NCBI RefSeq assembly: GCF_000143415.4
Contig: NW_003314276.1
Span: 22,105-86,104 of the forward strand
Source of the DNA: Selaginella moellendorffii
Lineage: Eukaryota; Plantae; Lycopodiophyta
DNA: 64,000 bases
Direction: 5' to 3'
Positions 48,289 to 61,803 of this stretch are shown one piece after another (within the stretch, counting starts at the first letter, position 1; each line of letters starts with the position of its first letter). The position numbers and the translations under genes were made by a program. The notes below the pieces were generated by a model. That model was not told the origin of the DNA and did no database searches. It was given only the letters and a program-made list of their open reading frames with translations.

Positions 48289-50406
48289 TCAATGCAAACA
48301 CTGATCCGTTGATGTATCTGGTAGGCTTTATCCGTGGATACCGAATCCGAGTGATGATTGACACTGGAGCTATGCACAGTGTGATATCCGAAGACTTAGT
48401 TAAGTTGTTAGGATTAAATGCTGAGGAAATGTCGCCTAAGCACTTCTGGTTTGCGGAAGGTGGGCAAGTAGCCAGAAAGTTTGTGAGTGATGTTCCAATA
48501 AAGATATCCAAGTGGAAAGAAAGAGTGGACTTGGTAGTGTTGAAGATACTAGATTTTCAAATGGTATTTGGTATGGACTTCTTCAACAAATATATAAAAG
48601 GGATTTATGGTGTTGGACAAAGTTGTATCACATTGAAATTAGAAGGATATCCCTATGTATCCTTCCAGTTGCAAAACTATTCCTCAAAGGATTGGGATGC
48701 AAAGTTCCTGACTGCGAGGGCCACTCAAAAAGAAACTAAGAGGGGATGTCAGACCTTTTGGGTTCAAGTGATGGAAGCTAAGGGTGTGGGTGACTCCGTT
48801 CAAAATCGTGACGGAGTTGATGCTGTACCAACGAAGATATTGGAGTTGTTGCCGCAGAATCAGGACATCTTTCTGAAGGATTTACCACCAGGGCTACCTC
48901 CTAGCCGTGAGGTTGATCATTGGATTGAGGTTATTCCGGGTTCTAAACCACCTACAAAGGCTCCGTATCGATTGAACATCAAGGAGATGGCTGAACTCAA
49001 GAAGCAACTCACGGAGCTTCTTGACAAAGGTCATATCCGACCAAGCAAGTCACCTTATGGAGCGCCAGTCCTTTTTGTTATAAAAAAGGATGGAACCATA
49101 AGGATGTGTATTGACTATCAGGCACTCAACAAGATCACGGTTAAAAATAGTTATCCTGATGACTTGTTTGACCAACTCTTAAAGGCTAAGTGTTTTACGC
49201 GACTTGATTTGCGGTCCGGGTATCATCAGATACAGGTGGTAGATCAGGATGTGGAGAAGATAGCCTTTATGACTCAATATGGATCTTATGAGTTCTTTGT
49301 CATGCTGTTTGTGTTATGCAATGCTCCAGCAATGTTCAACACTATGATGGATAGAATATTTGGAGATTATTTGGACGCATTTGTTGTCCTATATATCGAC
49401 GATGTTCTAGTCTTTAGTGAAACGTTGGAGGATCATTGGAACACTTGGATTTAGTGTTTCAGAAGTTGCGCAAACACAAACTGTATGTTAAGGAAAGTAA
49501 ATGCAGTTTTGGTCAATTGCGTATAAACTTTCTCGGACATATAGTTGGTGGTGGCGTGATTGAGGTCGATCCAAAGAAGGTGGAAGTGGTGAAGTCCTGG
49601 GAAGTTCCGACCACTGTATCAGATGTTCATTCCTTTCTTGGTTTGGCAGGATACTATCACAAGTTTGTCCGCAATTTTGCAAGAATTGCTCTTCCGTTGA
49701 CTGAATTGACGAAGAGTAGTATTCCGTTTCATTGGACACCAGCTTGTCAGCGTGCTTTTGTATGGTTAAAGGAGATCTTGACTACAGTTCTTGTTCTCAG
49801 GATTCCAAATCTTGATAAACGCTTCGAAGTGCATTGTGATGCATCTGGCTATGCTATCGAGCTTCACTTCTCAGTTTGGGATAGGCTTATATTCTATAAG
49901 CAAGAAAGATTGTATGTTCCCTCTAAGGATCTACAATAGTTATTTCTGTGGGAGCATCATGATGTTCCAGCAGTGGGACATGGTGGGAAGCGAAAGACTC
50001 TAGCTTCATTGAAAAAGGGATTTTTCTAGTCTGGTATGGAAGGTGATGTAGCGGATTATGTCTGTTCCTGCCCTATATGCCAGCAATGTAAGTGCAGAAC
50101 TGAGAAGCAGGCTGGAAAGTTGCAGTGCATTCCAGCACCGGCATGGCCATTTCAAAGTGTGACACTTGATTTTGTCACTTCTTTGCCAAAGTCTAAGGGT
50201 TATGATACTTTGATGGTGGTTGTGGATTGGTTGTCAAAGATTGCACACTTCATTTCAATTGTGGGAACAATAAATGCGAAACAAGGAGCAAAGCTCTTTT
50301 TCCATGAAGTAGTGCGAGTTCGTGGTCTTCCTGAAGAAATGATGTTAGATAGAGATTTGAGGTTTACAGGGAAGTTTTGGGGGACCCTATTCCAGTTGTT
50401 TGGTAT

Positions 50407-52262
50407 TGTGAGACACAAAATCCCTAAGCCCCAAAGTGGAGCCGGAAGGGCGCCACATGGTAGTGGCCGAAGCGAAAGCCAAACGAGCGTAACACGTTTG
50501 GACTAAAAGCTCCAACTTGAAAGGTCGAGAGCGGGAGTGGAACTCCCAACAAAGTGCTCAAGGAAGAAGCACGAAGCAAGCAATAAGCAAGGCTCCAAAA
50601 AGGGACCCAAAAGGACCAACACATGACACGTGGAAGTGTCCAAGATGGAGTCCGAGATGGAGTCCGAGATGGAGTCCAAGATTTACCCGAGTTGGAGTCC
50701 GAGGTGGAGTCCGAGATGGAGTCCGAGATGGACCGAGATGGAGTCCGAGATGGACCCGAGTTGGAGTCTGAGGTGGAGTCCAAGATGGAGTCTGAGATGG
50801 ATCGAGATGGAGTCCGAGATGGAGTCCGAGATGGACCCGAGTTGGAGTCCGAGGTGGAGTCCGAGATGGAGTTCGAGATGGACCGAGACGGAGTCCAAAA
50901 TGGAGTCCGAAGTGGAGTCCGAGTTGGAGTCCGAGATGGCGTTCGAGATGGACCAAGACGGAGTCCGAGATGGAGTCCGAGATGGACTGAGACGGAGTCC
51001 GAGATGGAGTCCAAGATGGGCCAAGATAGAGTCCGAGGTTGAGACCGAGACCGGGACCGAGACCGAGACCGAGACTGAGATCAGGACCGAGACTGAGACC
51101 GAGGCCGAGGCCGAGACTGAGCCTGAGCCCGAGTCTTTGTCCAAGTCCCAGTCCGAGTTCGAGTCCCAATCCCAGTCTGAGTCCAAGTTCGAGTTTGAGA
51201 GGGTGAAAGCCCAAAGCGTTCATCTCCCAGACCCTGGGGGGTTTGGTGAGCTCCAAAAGTATAGTGGGGGGAGGACTGCGGTGGAGCCAGTTTGGCCAGA
51301 AAAGGCCTGTTTGGCCCTGGAAGGCTATACCTAGTGTTGGGTGATGAGCTGCCCACTGGGAAGTCCAAGGCTAGAGTGAACACGGACTGACAAGTGGGGT
51401 AGCTTGGTGAAGTGTTCAAGAGGCGGCTCTAGTTCCCCCGGGAGATCGACTGGCCGATGCTCCCAGTCCAAGTGTGGGTCGCACTACCTACTTGGATACT
51501 AGGCGTGGCTCAATGGAACCTCACTCTAAGCCCATGGCTAGAGCACCTAAATGCGGAAGGTGGGGAGAGAACCCATGGTGTTCCGAAATGTTGTCCCGGA
51601 GTCCCAAACTGGGGAAAGGAGGAGGAGCAGTCCTCTAGTGTAGTGACTAACGATACGGTCACATGGTGAGGAAGTCCCAGAGGACAATGGGACTTAGTGG
51701 CCGGACCCGAGTTGGAGTCCGAGGTGGAGTCCGAGATGGACCCGAGTTGGAGTCCGAGGTGGAGTCTGAGATGGAGTCCGAGATGGACCGAGATAGAGTC
51801 CAACATGGAGTCCAAGATAGACCCGAGTTGGAGTCCGAGGTGGAGTCCGAGATGGAGTCCGAGATGGACCGAGATGGAGTCTGAGATGGAGTCTGAGATG
51901 GACTAAGACGGAGTCCGAGATGGAGTCCGAGATGGACCGAGATGGAGTCCGAGAAGGATCCGAGATGGAGTCCGAGGTCGAGACCGAGACCGGGACCGAG
52001 ACCGGGACCGAGATCGAGACCGAGGCTGAGATCAGGACCAACGGGCCGAACTGTCAGTGGTACCTTTGGGTGTCAGTCATGGGACCAGACACGTGGAGCA
52101 CTTGGACCAAGTGCAACGGTTGAGTTGCACGGATGCCATTCTTGGGGCTAGGAAGTCCCCAAGTCCGGAATAGGACTTATGGAGGTTGTGAGTGAGACTC
52201 CTCCAAGCGGTCGGAGGTGTGGTGAAGTGACTAAAGTAGAATGGAAAAATTAGTCGCTTACA
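50407..52262 (+). mobile_element. Family C solo LTR inserted in GypsyB integrase
   Basis: TGTGAGAC...CGCTTACA with TSD GGTAT/GGTAC; the flanks rejoin as [21 protein letters not shown]. Confidence 0.93.
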
Positions 52263-53890
52263 GGTACCAAGTTGAAGTTTAGTACGGCTTATCATCCTCA
52301 AACTGATGGGCAGACCAAACGCGTGAATGCTCAAGTTGAGGATTATCTGCGGTACTATGTCGTGGCGGACCAACGTGACTAGGTTGAGCATTTGGATACA
52401 GCAGAAATCTGTTATAACAACACATTTCACAATGCTATAGGCTGTTCTCCATGGGAGATGCTGCAAGGGAATGCTCGTGGGGTTCCTCAACAGATTGTTG
52501 TACCAAAACCAATGACCAAAGTGTTGGTTCCAGACGTTGAGACTTATGCAAAGCAGCTATGCCAACGTTGGTCTCATGCTACTGAGGCAATGGGCAAAGC
52601 TCAAGATAGGTATCGATGTGATAAGGATCAGCATCGTCAAGATCATGTATCCTATCAAGTGGGAGATTAGGTGTGGCTATCTTCCCGGAACTTGAACATT
52701 AAGGGCTCTTTGTCTCGGAAGCTCTTGCCGAGATATGTTGGACCCTATTGGGTGTTGAAACGACTTGGTGATGTATCCTATCAGTTGGATATTCCATAAG
52801 AGATGTCCGGCCTTCATGATGTGTTTCATGTTAGTTTGCTGGCCCCATATCATGAGGATTCTGGCTACTCTTAGGATGTTCATCCAGCTCCAGATGTTAT
52901 TGATGGGAAACCGGAGTATAAGGTTGAGGCTTTCCTTTTGTGCCCTAAGGCATGTAGTGGTTGAACCAAGGAATATCTAGTTAAGTGGAAAGGTTACCCA
53001 ACTTGTGAATCAACTTGGGAACCTCTTAGGAATCTTACACATGCTCGTGAGCTTGTCACGGAGTATGCAAATTGTAATAAACAATCGGTTTTGTAAATAT
53101 TCTAATAAATCTTGCAAATTAATAAAGTAATATATTTCTATAAATCAAAATGTCATTTCTCTCGTTCGTTAGTACTTGGGTCAGTTTTGGCAGGCTGACT
53201 TCGGCACTTGGTGATGACAAACTCATGATGTTGACTTGCACTTGCTAGTGTTGGGAACCTCGGTGATATTAAGACTAGTCCCTCAATATTTGCCAGATGA
53301 TAGCTTACCGTGTTTGCCAAACACCCTCGCTATCATGCCCTTTGTGTTAGTATTATTTCCGTCCCAAATGCTATTTATGGAAAGTGTCTAAATCTTCTTA
53401 TTTGGCATATCTACAGAATGTAGAGATTGGCCTGAACACAATGGTGTTCGTCCCGTGTCCAAATTCGCAATCTAGCACTATTCCATATTTGGTAAGTTTC
53501 AAACTTGTTCCAGAGACCAACTCCTGGTACTAAAGGAGGTTTGGGGTGAAAGCCCAATGGGATGTGGAGGGTTCCAAATGTATAGTAGGGATAGTGGTTA
53601 GAATGCATGTCCGACCACCTGAGACATTAGTTTGGCTCTTGCTGGGCTGTGTCGCTCTTTGTTCTGCGTCCAGCTTGGGTCTAAGCCCAAGCTCCACACT
53701 GCTCTAGTCGGTGGAGTACCTTCCTCCTCGCATTAGGCCAACGATATACCAAAATTGTGCCAGCCTCTATCTGACACCTTTTGGCATGCAGATGCTGCAT
53801 ACAGGGAGCTGGTGCTCATTGAATTGTAGCGGACCCTCATTTTGTAGTGGAACGGGCTTGGAGTTCAGCTCCAAATTCAGGTGCGCTACA

Positions 53891-56800
53891 GCCACTGAAT
53901 GAAGCAACGGTGCCAAACTCCCAAGCATGAAGCCAAGGAGTGACAGAACTGAACCATAGAGCAACTCCCAAGCATACAGCCTAAGGAGTGAAGGGACAGG
54001 AGCCCGGAGCATCTTGGAATAGTCCTGGAGCAACTAGCATCCCAATGCCAGGACCAGCACGCAAAACGGAGCCAAACGGAGTCTGGTGCTATTTTGGCAT
54101 ACCAGTGGTCTAATGTGAAGATATGGGTACTCCACCAGCTAGTATGGTGTGGAGCTTGGGCTTAGACCCAAGCCGGACGCAGAACAAAGACAGGCTCGCA
54201 AACAGGAGCTAGACTATGCCAAGCTCGAAACTTATTAAATATGGAATGGCGCTAGAATGCGAATTTGGACACAAGATGAACACCATTGTGTTCAGGCCAA
54301 TCTCTACATTCTATAAATATGTTAAATGAGCAAATCTAGACACTTTCCATAAATAGCATTTGGGACCGAAATGAGACTAACACAAAAGGCATGATAGCGA
54401 GGGTGTTTGGTAGACACAGTAAGCTATTATGTAGCGATATTGAGGGACCAATCTCAATACGTGAGGGTTCTTGTCAAGCCAGTCCAAGACAGAGCAAAAG
54501 AGAACTAAAAAGCCAAGCCAAGTATGCGTAGCTAAATAGACATTTAGGAATTCTGTCCTTATGCTCATCCGGCCAATTACAGATGCAAAGTCCAGTTTAC
54601 TAACACTTGAACAAGAGGGGCTGATAAAGGGTCCAGCAATACCGACCTCCTGCCGTCGTGGTTGTAAGGAAAGAATTTCCGAAAGGACTAGATGATAGGT
54701 AACTATCGATACCCGACGTCACATTCGTGACAGTCTGCCCCACTTGGGAAGATCGACATCCTCATCAATGCATACTCTAGTCTAGAATACCGGCAAGGAA
54801 ACAACTCCAGAAAAAGTTCACGATATTCACACTATGTGAGAAATGCACCAACTTAAATGAATTAGGGGTAACCTTTTTGTCTAATGCGGATGCGCTACCC
54901 ACTCAAACACCTTCTGGCCCTCGCCGACAAGGAAATGACCAACGAGTCAGCCACCCTTGCTACTCTGGATGTTACCCAGCTACAAAAGTGTGATATACCC
55001 CTACCTGCAAGGACATAGAGAGAGAAGCCCCAACCCTCCTAAGCAAAGAAACCAAACCCGTCAGTAAGGTTTAGATAGACTACTGTAAACATGCAGTTAG
55101 AGTTGTTTACACGGTGACGCCCTTTTAATGGAATAAAGCACATCAACAAAGAGGCGGGTTATGTGACCAATTGAAAGTAGCTACCCCATGACTAAAGATT
55201 TCACCATGCACACAAAATGCCAAAGCCAGTCTGCCTTTACTAGCCCAAACTCAAATATCAATATATGGACTAAAAGTCATAGACAATGATATCTTTGAGA
55301 TTTAATTATTAGTGAATATATCTTAGATTAGAACACAAAAGTATTCCAAGTAAGTTATCATCCGATAAATCAGTATTATAGGATAGGAACCACCAAGATC
55401 ACTATTATGGGAAAATATAGGATTCACCATCCAACAAAATTCAATAGCCAGTGTATCATCAAGGAAACTCAATGATAAAGCTTAACTACCTAAGATGGTA
55501 GACAGTATGCCAAACAACTTACTAAAGATAACTCAAAGAACACAAAGTATCATTGACTAGCAAATAAAATGCTCGCGAATGTATGACCCAAAGGAAATAA
55601 CATCCCACGCTATCAGAACTAACTCAAGCAATGATCAATAGAAAAGAATGAATGTTGCAAAACCAACAAACATAGTGTTCATGCCAACCATTGCACCAGC
55701 CAATCTGAATAGATCCTGGTCAAAAATAGGAAGGAACCAGAATTGCTTTATTAGAAACCAAACCCATCGGTAAGGTTTAGATAGCCTACTGTAAACAGAC
55801 AGTTGTTTACACGGTCACGCCCTTTCAACGGAATAAGGAACATCGACAGAGAGGCGGGTTATGTGACCAGTCGACAGTAGCTACCCCATGACTAGAGATT
55901 TCAACATGCACACAAAGTGCCGAAGCCAGTTTGCCTATACTGGCCCAAACTCAGAGATCATGATATGGACTATATCAAAGTCGTAGATAATGATATCTTA
56001 GAGACTTAATTATCAGTGAGTAAATTTTATATTGGAACACAAAAGTATTCCAAGTAAGTTATCATGTGATAAACCAGTATTAGAGGATAAGAACCACCAA
56101 GATCACTATCATTGGAAAACATAGGATTCACCATCGAACAAAATTTAATAGCCAAACTATCATCAAGAAAACTCAATGATAAAACTTAACTATCAAAGAT
56201 TGCAGATAGTATGCCGAACAACTTACCAAAGATAACTCAAAGAACATAAAGTATCATTGACTTGCAAACAAAATGCTTGCGAATGTATCACCTAAAGGAA
56301 ATAACATCAAAATTTATTAGAACTAACTCGAGCAATAATCAACAGAACATAATGAATGTGGTAAAACCAACAAACACTTAGTCATGCCAACTATTGCACT
56401 AGCCAGTTTGAATAGATCTCGGTCAACAATACAAAGGAACCCAAGTTTCTTTTAGCAAGTGTCAGCTATATCCTATTGATATCTCAAACCTAAAAGACAA
56501 CAAACCACAAAGAATATGTGGTAATGCAAAAAGCCAAAAGCTATCAAAGAGAACAACTAACTATCATGAAAGATCATCAATCATCCCATCAATGAAGAGA
56601 TACATAATCATCATCGAAAAAAGAATCTACCATCCCAAAGAATGGCAAATCATTCTAAATCAATAATAATCAAGAAAAACCTTTAACAAGGATAATCAAC
56701 TATCCTAAATGATAATCAATCATCACTAATGATTGCTAGATGCAAAAGCCAACTTCAACATCAAAGCTAATGAGCCAAAATGCCTTCCCCAACAACTTCA

Positions 56801-57487
56801 AATAAATGGAACAATGAGCATAAAAACTCAAGGAACTGAAAGTTTGAAGAAGCCTATAGCTAAGTTGTGCCTAACAATGATCACAAGTCTTGCATGAATT
56901 AACTTCAATGCTAAAGAGAAATCATGGTACAACCCATAATATCCCCCTCAACACATCTATAAGCTAAACTTCATAATGCCAAAGCTAATCAAGAGCATTT
57001 CTACATTAATCCAAAAGCTAAGCAAAACAAAGCTATGCTCAACAAGTGATCATCTAAACCAATCCTCTATGAATCCATCTATAGCAAGACGTAAGTCTTT
57101 TCATAACAAGCACAAGAAGAATCATCAATGACCAATATCCAAATCTAATAAGGATTTAAATATTCTAACATCAATCACTAACTCTTCCTCTTGTAAAGTT
57201 AGCATAGTCCACAACTAAATCACTTTTCAAGGAAAAGCCAAAGCTCAACCCCTACTAAACAATCACGTCTAGAACACAATTAACTCAAACTTGCTACTCA
57301 GTTTGTTTGAACGTCCAAATAGTTGCTAACTAGCAAATGCATGAATGTCAATAACACAAAGCTATAACTAAATCATTAACACTATCTTCATCAAGACTCA
57401 TGAAACTCAATATCAATTCTACAAAGAGATATCTCATTTCACTCGAATCTCAAGATCAATAATGTCAACGACAAGGCATCATGTTAA
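53891..57487 (-). mobile_element. Family D element (partial LTR 53891-54732, PPT, internal region with a ~700-bp tandem duplication at 55048/55756)
   Basis: Homologous to 59620-61770. Confidence 0.85.
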
Positions 57488-57995
57488 TGTAAGCAACCAA
57501 AAAGAACAACTCAAGAAACAATCCATAGAGTTCAAATATAAACGGAAAGGGCCTCTGAATAAGAGTGCACCCCCTTTTCCAATTGGTTAAGGGTCTTGGG
57601 ATACTTGGGGTTAAGTGTCTTTAGGTTTGAATAGTACTGGGTTGGGTGACCTCTCGGGAAGTCCAAACTTAGGAGCTTACATTTGGTATCAAAGCGGTCT
57701 CAGGTCCAACTCTGTTGATTTGCTAGGGGAATCACACCATATGTTGATTGACATCTGGCTGGTCCAATTTGCTCCTGCTAGGCTCGACCCGAGGGGTAGG
57801 GTGTCAAGAGAGCAGGGCTCTTGGGAGAGCTGCGGCCCTCAGTTTCCGTTCACGAGGGCATGAACTTGCAGGGAAGCGTGGTAGATTGTAAGCAACCAAA
57901 GGGAACAATTCGAGAGACAATCCATAGGGTTCAAATATAGAGGGAAAGGGCCCATGAATAAGAATGCACCCCCTTTTCCAATCGGTTAAGGGTCT
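57488..57995 (+). mobile_element. Cassandra-type TRIM with a 5S rRNA-derived segment in the LTR; 3' LTR truncated
   Basis: 194-bp LTR TGTAAGC...GCTTACA (57488-57681), PBS TGGTATCAAAGC at 57684-57695, ~205-bp non-coding core, purine tract, and a second LTR from 57887. 57609-57664 (GGTTAAGTGT...TAGTACTGGGTTGGGTGACCTCTCGGGAAGTCC) resembles the 5S internal control region. Confidence 0.88.
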
Positions 57996-58295
57996 GCGTA
58001 TTGAGATTGGTCCCTCAATATCGCTACATGATAGCTTACCGTGTCTACCAAACACTCTCGCTATATTGCCCTTTGTGTTAGCCTCAATTCGGTCCCAAAT
58101 GCTAATTATGGAAAGTGTCTAGATTTGCTCATTTGGGATATCTACGGAATGTAGAGATTGGCCTGAACACAATGGTGTTTGTCTGGTGTCCAAATTCGCA
58201 TTCTAGCGCCATTCCATATTTAGTAAGTTTTGAGCTTGTCCCAGAGACTTATGACACCCAACACCACTAACTTTTGTTCACAACATGGACAAGCT

Positions 58296-58565
58296 GGAGA
58301 AGAAGAATGGACGTGGAAGCCACCAATATGGATTTGGCAGCACATGTTCAGGAACGAAGGCACGTGTACCTCCCCGAGTCGACAGAGTTCCACATCAGGA
58401 ACTTCGGAAGCTTGGAGCTCAGACATCACGGGCTCGAGTACCAGTTCTACTTCGTCCCCCTCGTCCCACCCCCCCTAAAAATCTTGAAGAGCTCTTTCCC
58501 GGTTTCGAGCGTGTCGAAATCGGACTCTATGGTTTATAGAGGATAAACTAAATAAAACCCCATTG
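58296..58565 (+). mobile_element. 270-bp insertion flanked by a 16-bp target-site duplication
   Basis: ACAACATGGACAAGCT at 58280-58295 and 58566-58581; a single copy is present at the homologous empty site (~45540-45557, reverse complement). Confidence 0.8.
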
Positions 58566-61500
58566 ACAACATGGACAAGCTTATGCCACTCTCTTTCTGA
58601 CCAAACTCAACACTAATCCAACACCAAGCTACTCAAGGAGAAATAGCAAGGTTCCCTGGAAAAGAATTGAGCATTGCAACCCAAGTCTTCCAATAGCAAG
58701 CCTAGACAAAATGGTTTAGCACTTCACCGCTATCTATTCCATAACTCACTATTTGTAAGACCATCATTTCCGATATGCACCAAGATAGGGACTCTTGATT
58801 GCATAATGTGAACACAAGCAATGAGTCACTCTAGGTGCAAATCATCTCTCCAAGAGAAGAAGATGATTTACGTGTTTGATCCTTCGTCCCCGGTAACTCT
58901 CTTTTCAGTCTCATCTTTGACTAAACTTCAAGCTTGCTTTCACACTGCCTTCATTTCAATCCAAGAAAAGTTTTATGAGAGAGCATGGCAATGACTATGT
59001 GAATCAATAGAGTAATCCCTATAGTCTTGATCAATCCACTTATAATCATGCCTAAGAAGGATCCACTAGTGCCGTGCTAAACAGCTACGGACCAACCTAT
59101 TTGCCATTCATAGCAAACCCAAGGTAGATTTACTTTCACTCATGGTACAAGGAACAACTCATGGAACCAACAGTAGGCTAACATTAATTCTGCCAACTCA
59201 AAGTGTAACCTTGAGTTGCTAATGTGCCTCACTCACGAGCCCAAGCACAAACTCATGTCAAACATAACATCTTAATCCATCTTTTGAGCCCAAGAGCAAG
59301 CCCATATTATTATGGCACAAAAAGGTAACAAAAATCCATACCCAAGGAACCATTGCAAAGCCTTTGCACCAAAACGTGTACCCACTCAGATCATCATTTT
59401 CATCTCTGCGTATGCAACGAGACTAGTTTCCCAATCTCATTGGATAGTACTCGCCGAGACTCATCCTCTAATACCAAATGTAGCGCAAGTGGTTTTTACC
59501 CTTTACCCTATAGTGATTTACTATAGGATAACACCACGAAGCAGAACCTAAACCCTCCATGTGCCATGTGTCATATGCCACGTGTCCAAAGGACAGTGGT
59601 GTGAAACCTGAAGTTCAGGGCCTTGGGCCACTGTACAAAAGAACAGTGCCAAACTTCTGAGCATAAAGCCAAGGAGTGACGGAACCGAATCACGGAGCAA
59701 CTCCCGAGCATACAACCCAAGGAGTGAAGGGACAAGAGGCCGAAGCATCTTGGAATAGTCCTAGAGCAACTAGCATCCCAATGCCAGGACCAGCATGCAA
59801 AACAGAGCCAAATGGAGTCTAGTGTTATTTCGGCATACTGGTGGCCTAACGTGAGGATATGGGTACTCCACCAGCTAGCATAGTGTGGAGCTTGGGCTTA
59901 GACCCAAGCTGGACGTAGAACAAGGACAGGTACGTAAGCGGGAGCTAGACTATGCCTCAGGTTGGTCGGCCATGCCCGACCTACCCACTATCCCTACTAA
60001 CATTTTGGAACCCCCCACAGCTCCCCCCCCCCCCCCCCCCCCCCTTAAGGAACACATGCTTTGACCCCAAGCCTCCCTTAGTATCAGCAATTAGTCTCTG
60101 GACACAGGACAAACACCATTGTGTTCAGACCAATCTCTACATTCCGTAGATATGCCAAATGAGTGAATCTAGACACTTTCCATAATTAGCATTTGGGACC
60201 GAATTGAGGCTAACACAAAGGGCATGATAGCGACGGTGTTTGGCAGACATGGTAAGCTATCATGTAGCGATATTGAAGGACCAATCTTAATACGCGAGGG
60301 TTCTTGTCAAGCTAGTCCAAGACGGAGCAAAAGAGAACTAAAAAGCTAGGCAAAGTATGCTTAGCTAAATAGACATTTAGGAATTCTGTCCTTATGCTCA
60401 TCCGGCCAAGTACAGATGCAAAGTCCAGTTTACTAACACTTGAACAAGAGGGGCTGATAAAGGGTCCAGCAATACCGACCTCCTGCCGTCGTGGCAGTAA
60501 GGAAAGAATATCCAAAAGGACTAGACGATAGGTAACTGTCGATACCCGAAGTCACATTTGCGACACTTTGTCCCCCTTGGGAAGATCAACGTCCTCGTCG
60601 ATGCATACTCCAATCTAGAATACCACCAAGGAAACAACTCTAGAAAAAGTTCACTGTATTCACATTATGTGAGAAATGCACCAACTTAAATGAATTAGGG
60701 GTAACTTTTTTATCTAACGCGGATGCGCTACCCACTCAGACACCTTCCGGGCGTCATCGACAAGGAAATGACCAACTGAGTCAGCCACCCTTGCTGCTCT
60801 GGGTGTGACCCAGCTACAAAAGTGTGATATGCCCTTGCCCGCAAGGACATAGAGAGAGAAGCCAGAGGCCCCAACCCTCATAAGCAAAGAAACCAAACCC
60901 GTTGGTAAGGTTTAGATAGACTACTGTAAACAGGCAGTTAGAGTTGTTTACACGGTCATGCCCTTTTAACGGAATAAGGAATATCGATAAAGAGGGGGGC
61001 TATGTGACCAATCAATAGTAGTTACCCCATGACTAGAGATTTCAACATGCACACGAAGTGCCAAAGCCAGTCTGCCTATACTGGCCAAAACTCAAAGATC
61101 ATGATATGGACTATATCAAAGTCGTAAACAATGATATCTTAGAGACTTAATTATCAGTGAGTAAATTTTATATTGGAACACAAAAGTATTCTAAGTAAGT
61201 TATCATGTGATAAACCAGTATTAGAGGATAGGAACAACCAAGATCACTATCATTGGAAAACATAGGATTCACCATCGAACAAAATTCAATAGCCAAACTA
61301 TCATCAAGAAAACTCAATGATAAAACTTAACTATCAAAGATTGCAGATAGTATGCCAAACAACTTATCAAAGATAACTCAAAGAACACAAAGTATCATTG
61401 ACTAGCAAGAAAAATGCTCGCGAATGTATCACCCAAAGGAAATAACATCGAAATCTATCAGAACTAACTCGAGCAATAATCAATAGAACATAATGAATGT

Positions 61501-61770
61501 GGTAAGACCAACAAACACTTAGTCATGCCAACTATTGCACTAGCCAATCTGAATATATCCCGGTCAACAATACAAAGGAACCCAAGTTGCTTTTAGCAAG
61601 TGTCAACTATATCCTATTGATATCTCAAACCCAAGAGACCAATCCAGAACAAACTATAAAGAACATGTGGTAATGCAAAAAGCCAGAAGCCATCAAAGAG
61701 AACAACTAACTATCATGAAAGATCATCAATCATCCCATCGATGAAGAGATGCATAATCATCATTGAAAAA
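58566..61770 (-). mobile_element. Family D: complete 1087-bp LTR (59479-60565) with PPT and internal region on one side, PBS and internal region on the other
   Basis: The minus strand reads ...AAGGGGGACAAAG|TGTCGCAAATG...GCGCTACA|TTTGGTATTAGAG. Confidence 0.88.
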
Positions 61771-61803
61771 AAGTTACCTAGCTGAGACACCTTCCTCACA
61801 TAG

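Larger units (their letters stand above)
46586..53890 (+). mobile_element. GypsyB: decayed chromovirus with truncated LTRs, interrupted by a family C solo LTR
   Basis: LTR ends GGTGCGCTACA at 46839 and 53890; PBS TGGTATTAGAG at 46842-46852. Gag-pol runs about 47030-53097 with [25 protein letters not shown], a deleted RNase H, integrase and chromodomain (YLVKWKGYPTCESTWEP), plus many stops and frameshifts. Confidence 0.92.

Noticed and set aside
57609-57664. 5S rRNA gene
   Set aside because: Only the internal part is present, it is diverged, and it lies inside a TRIM LTR.
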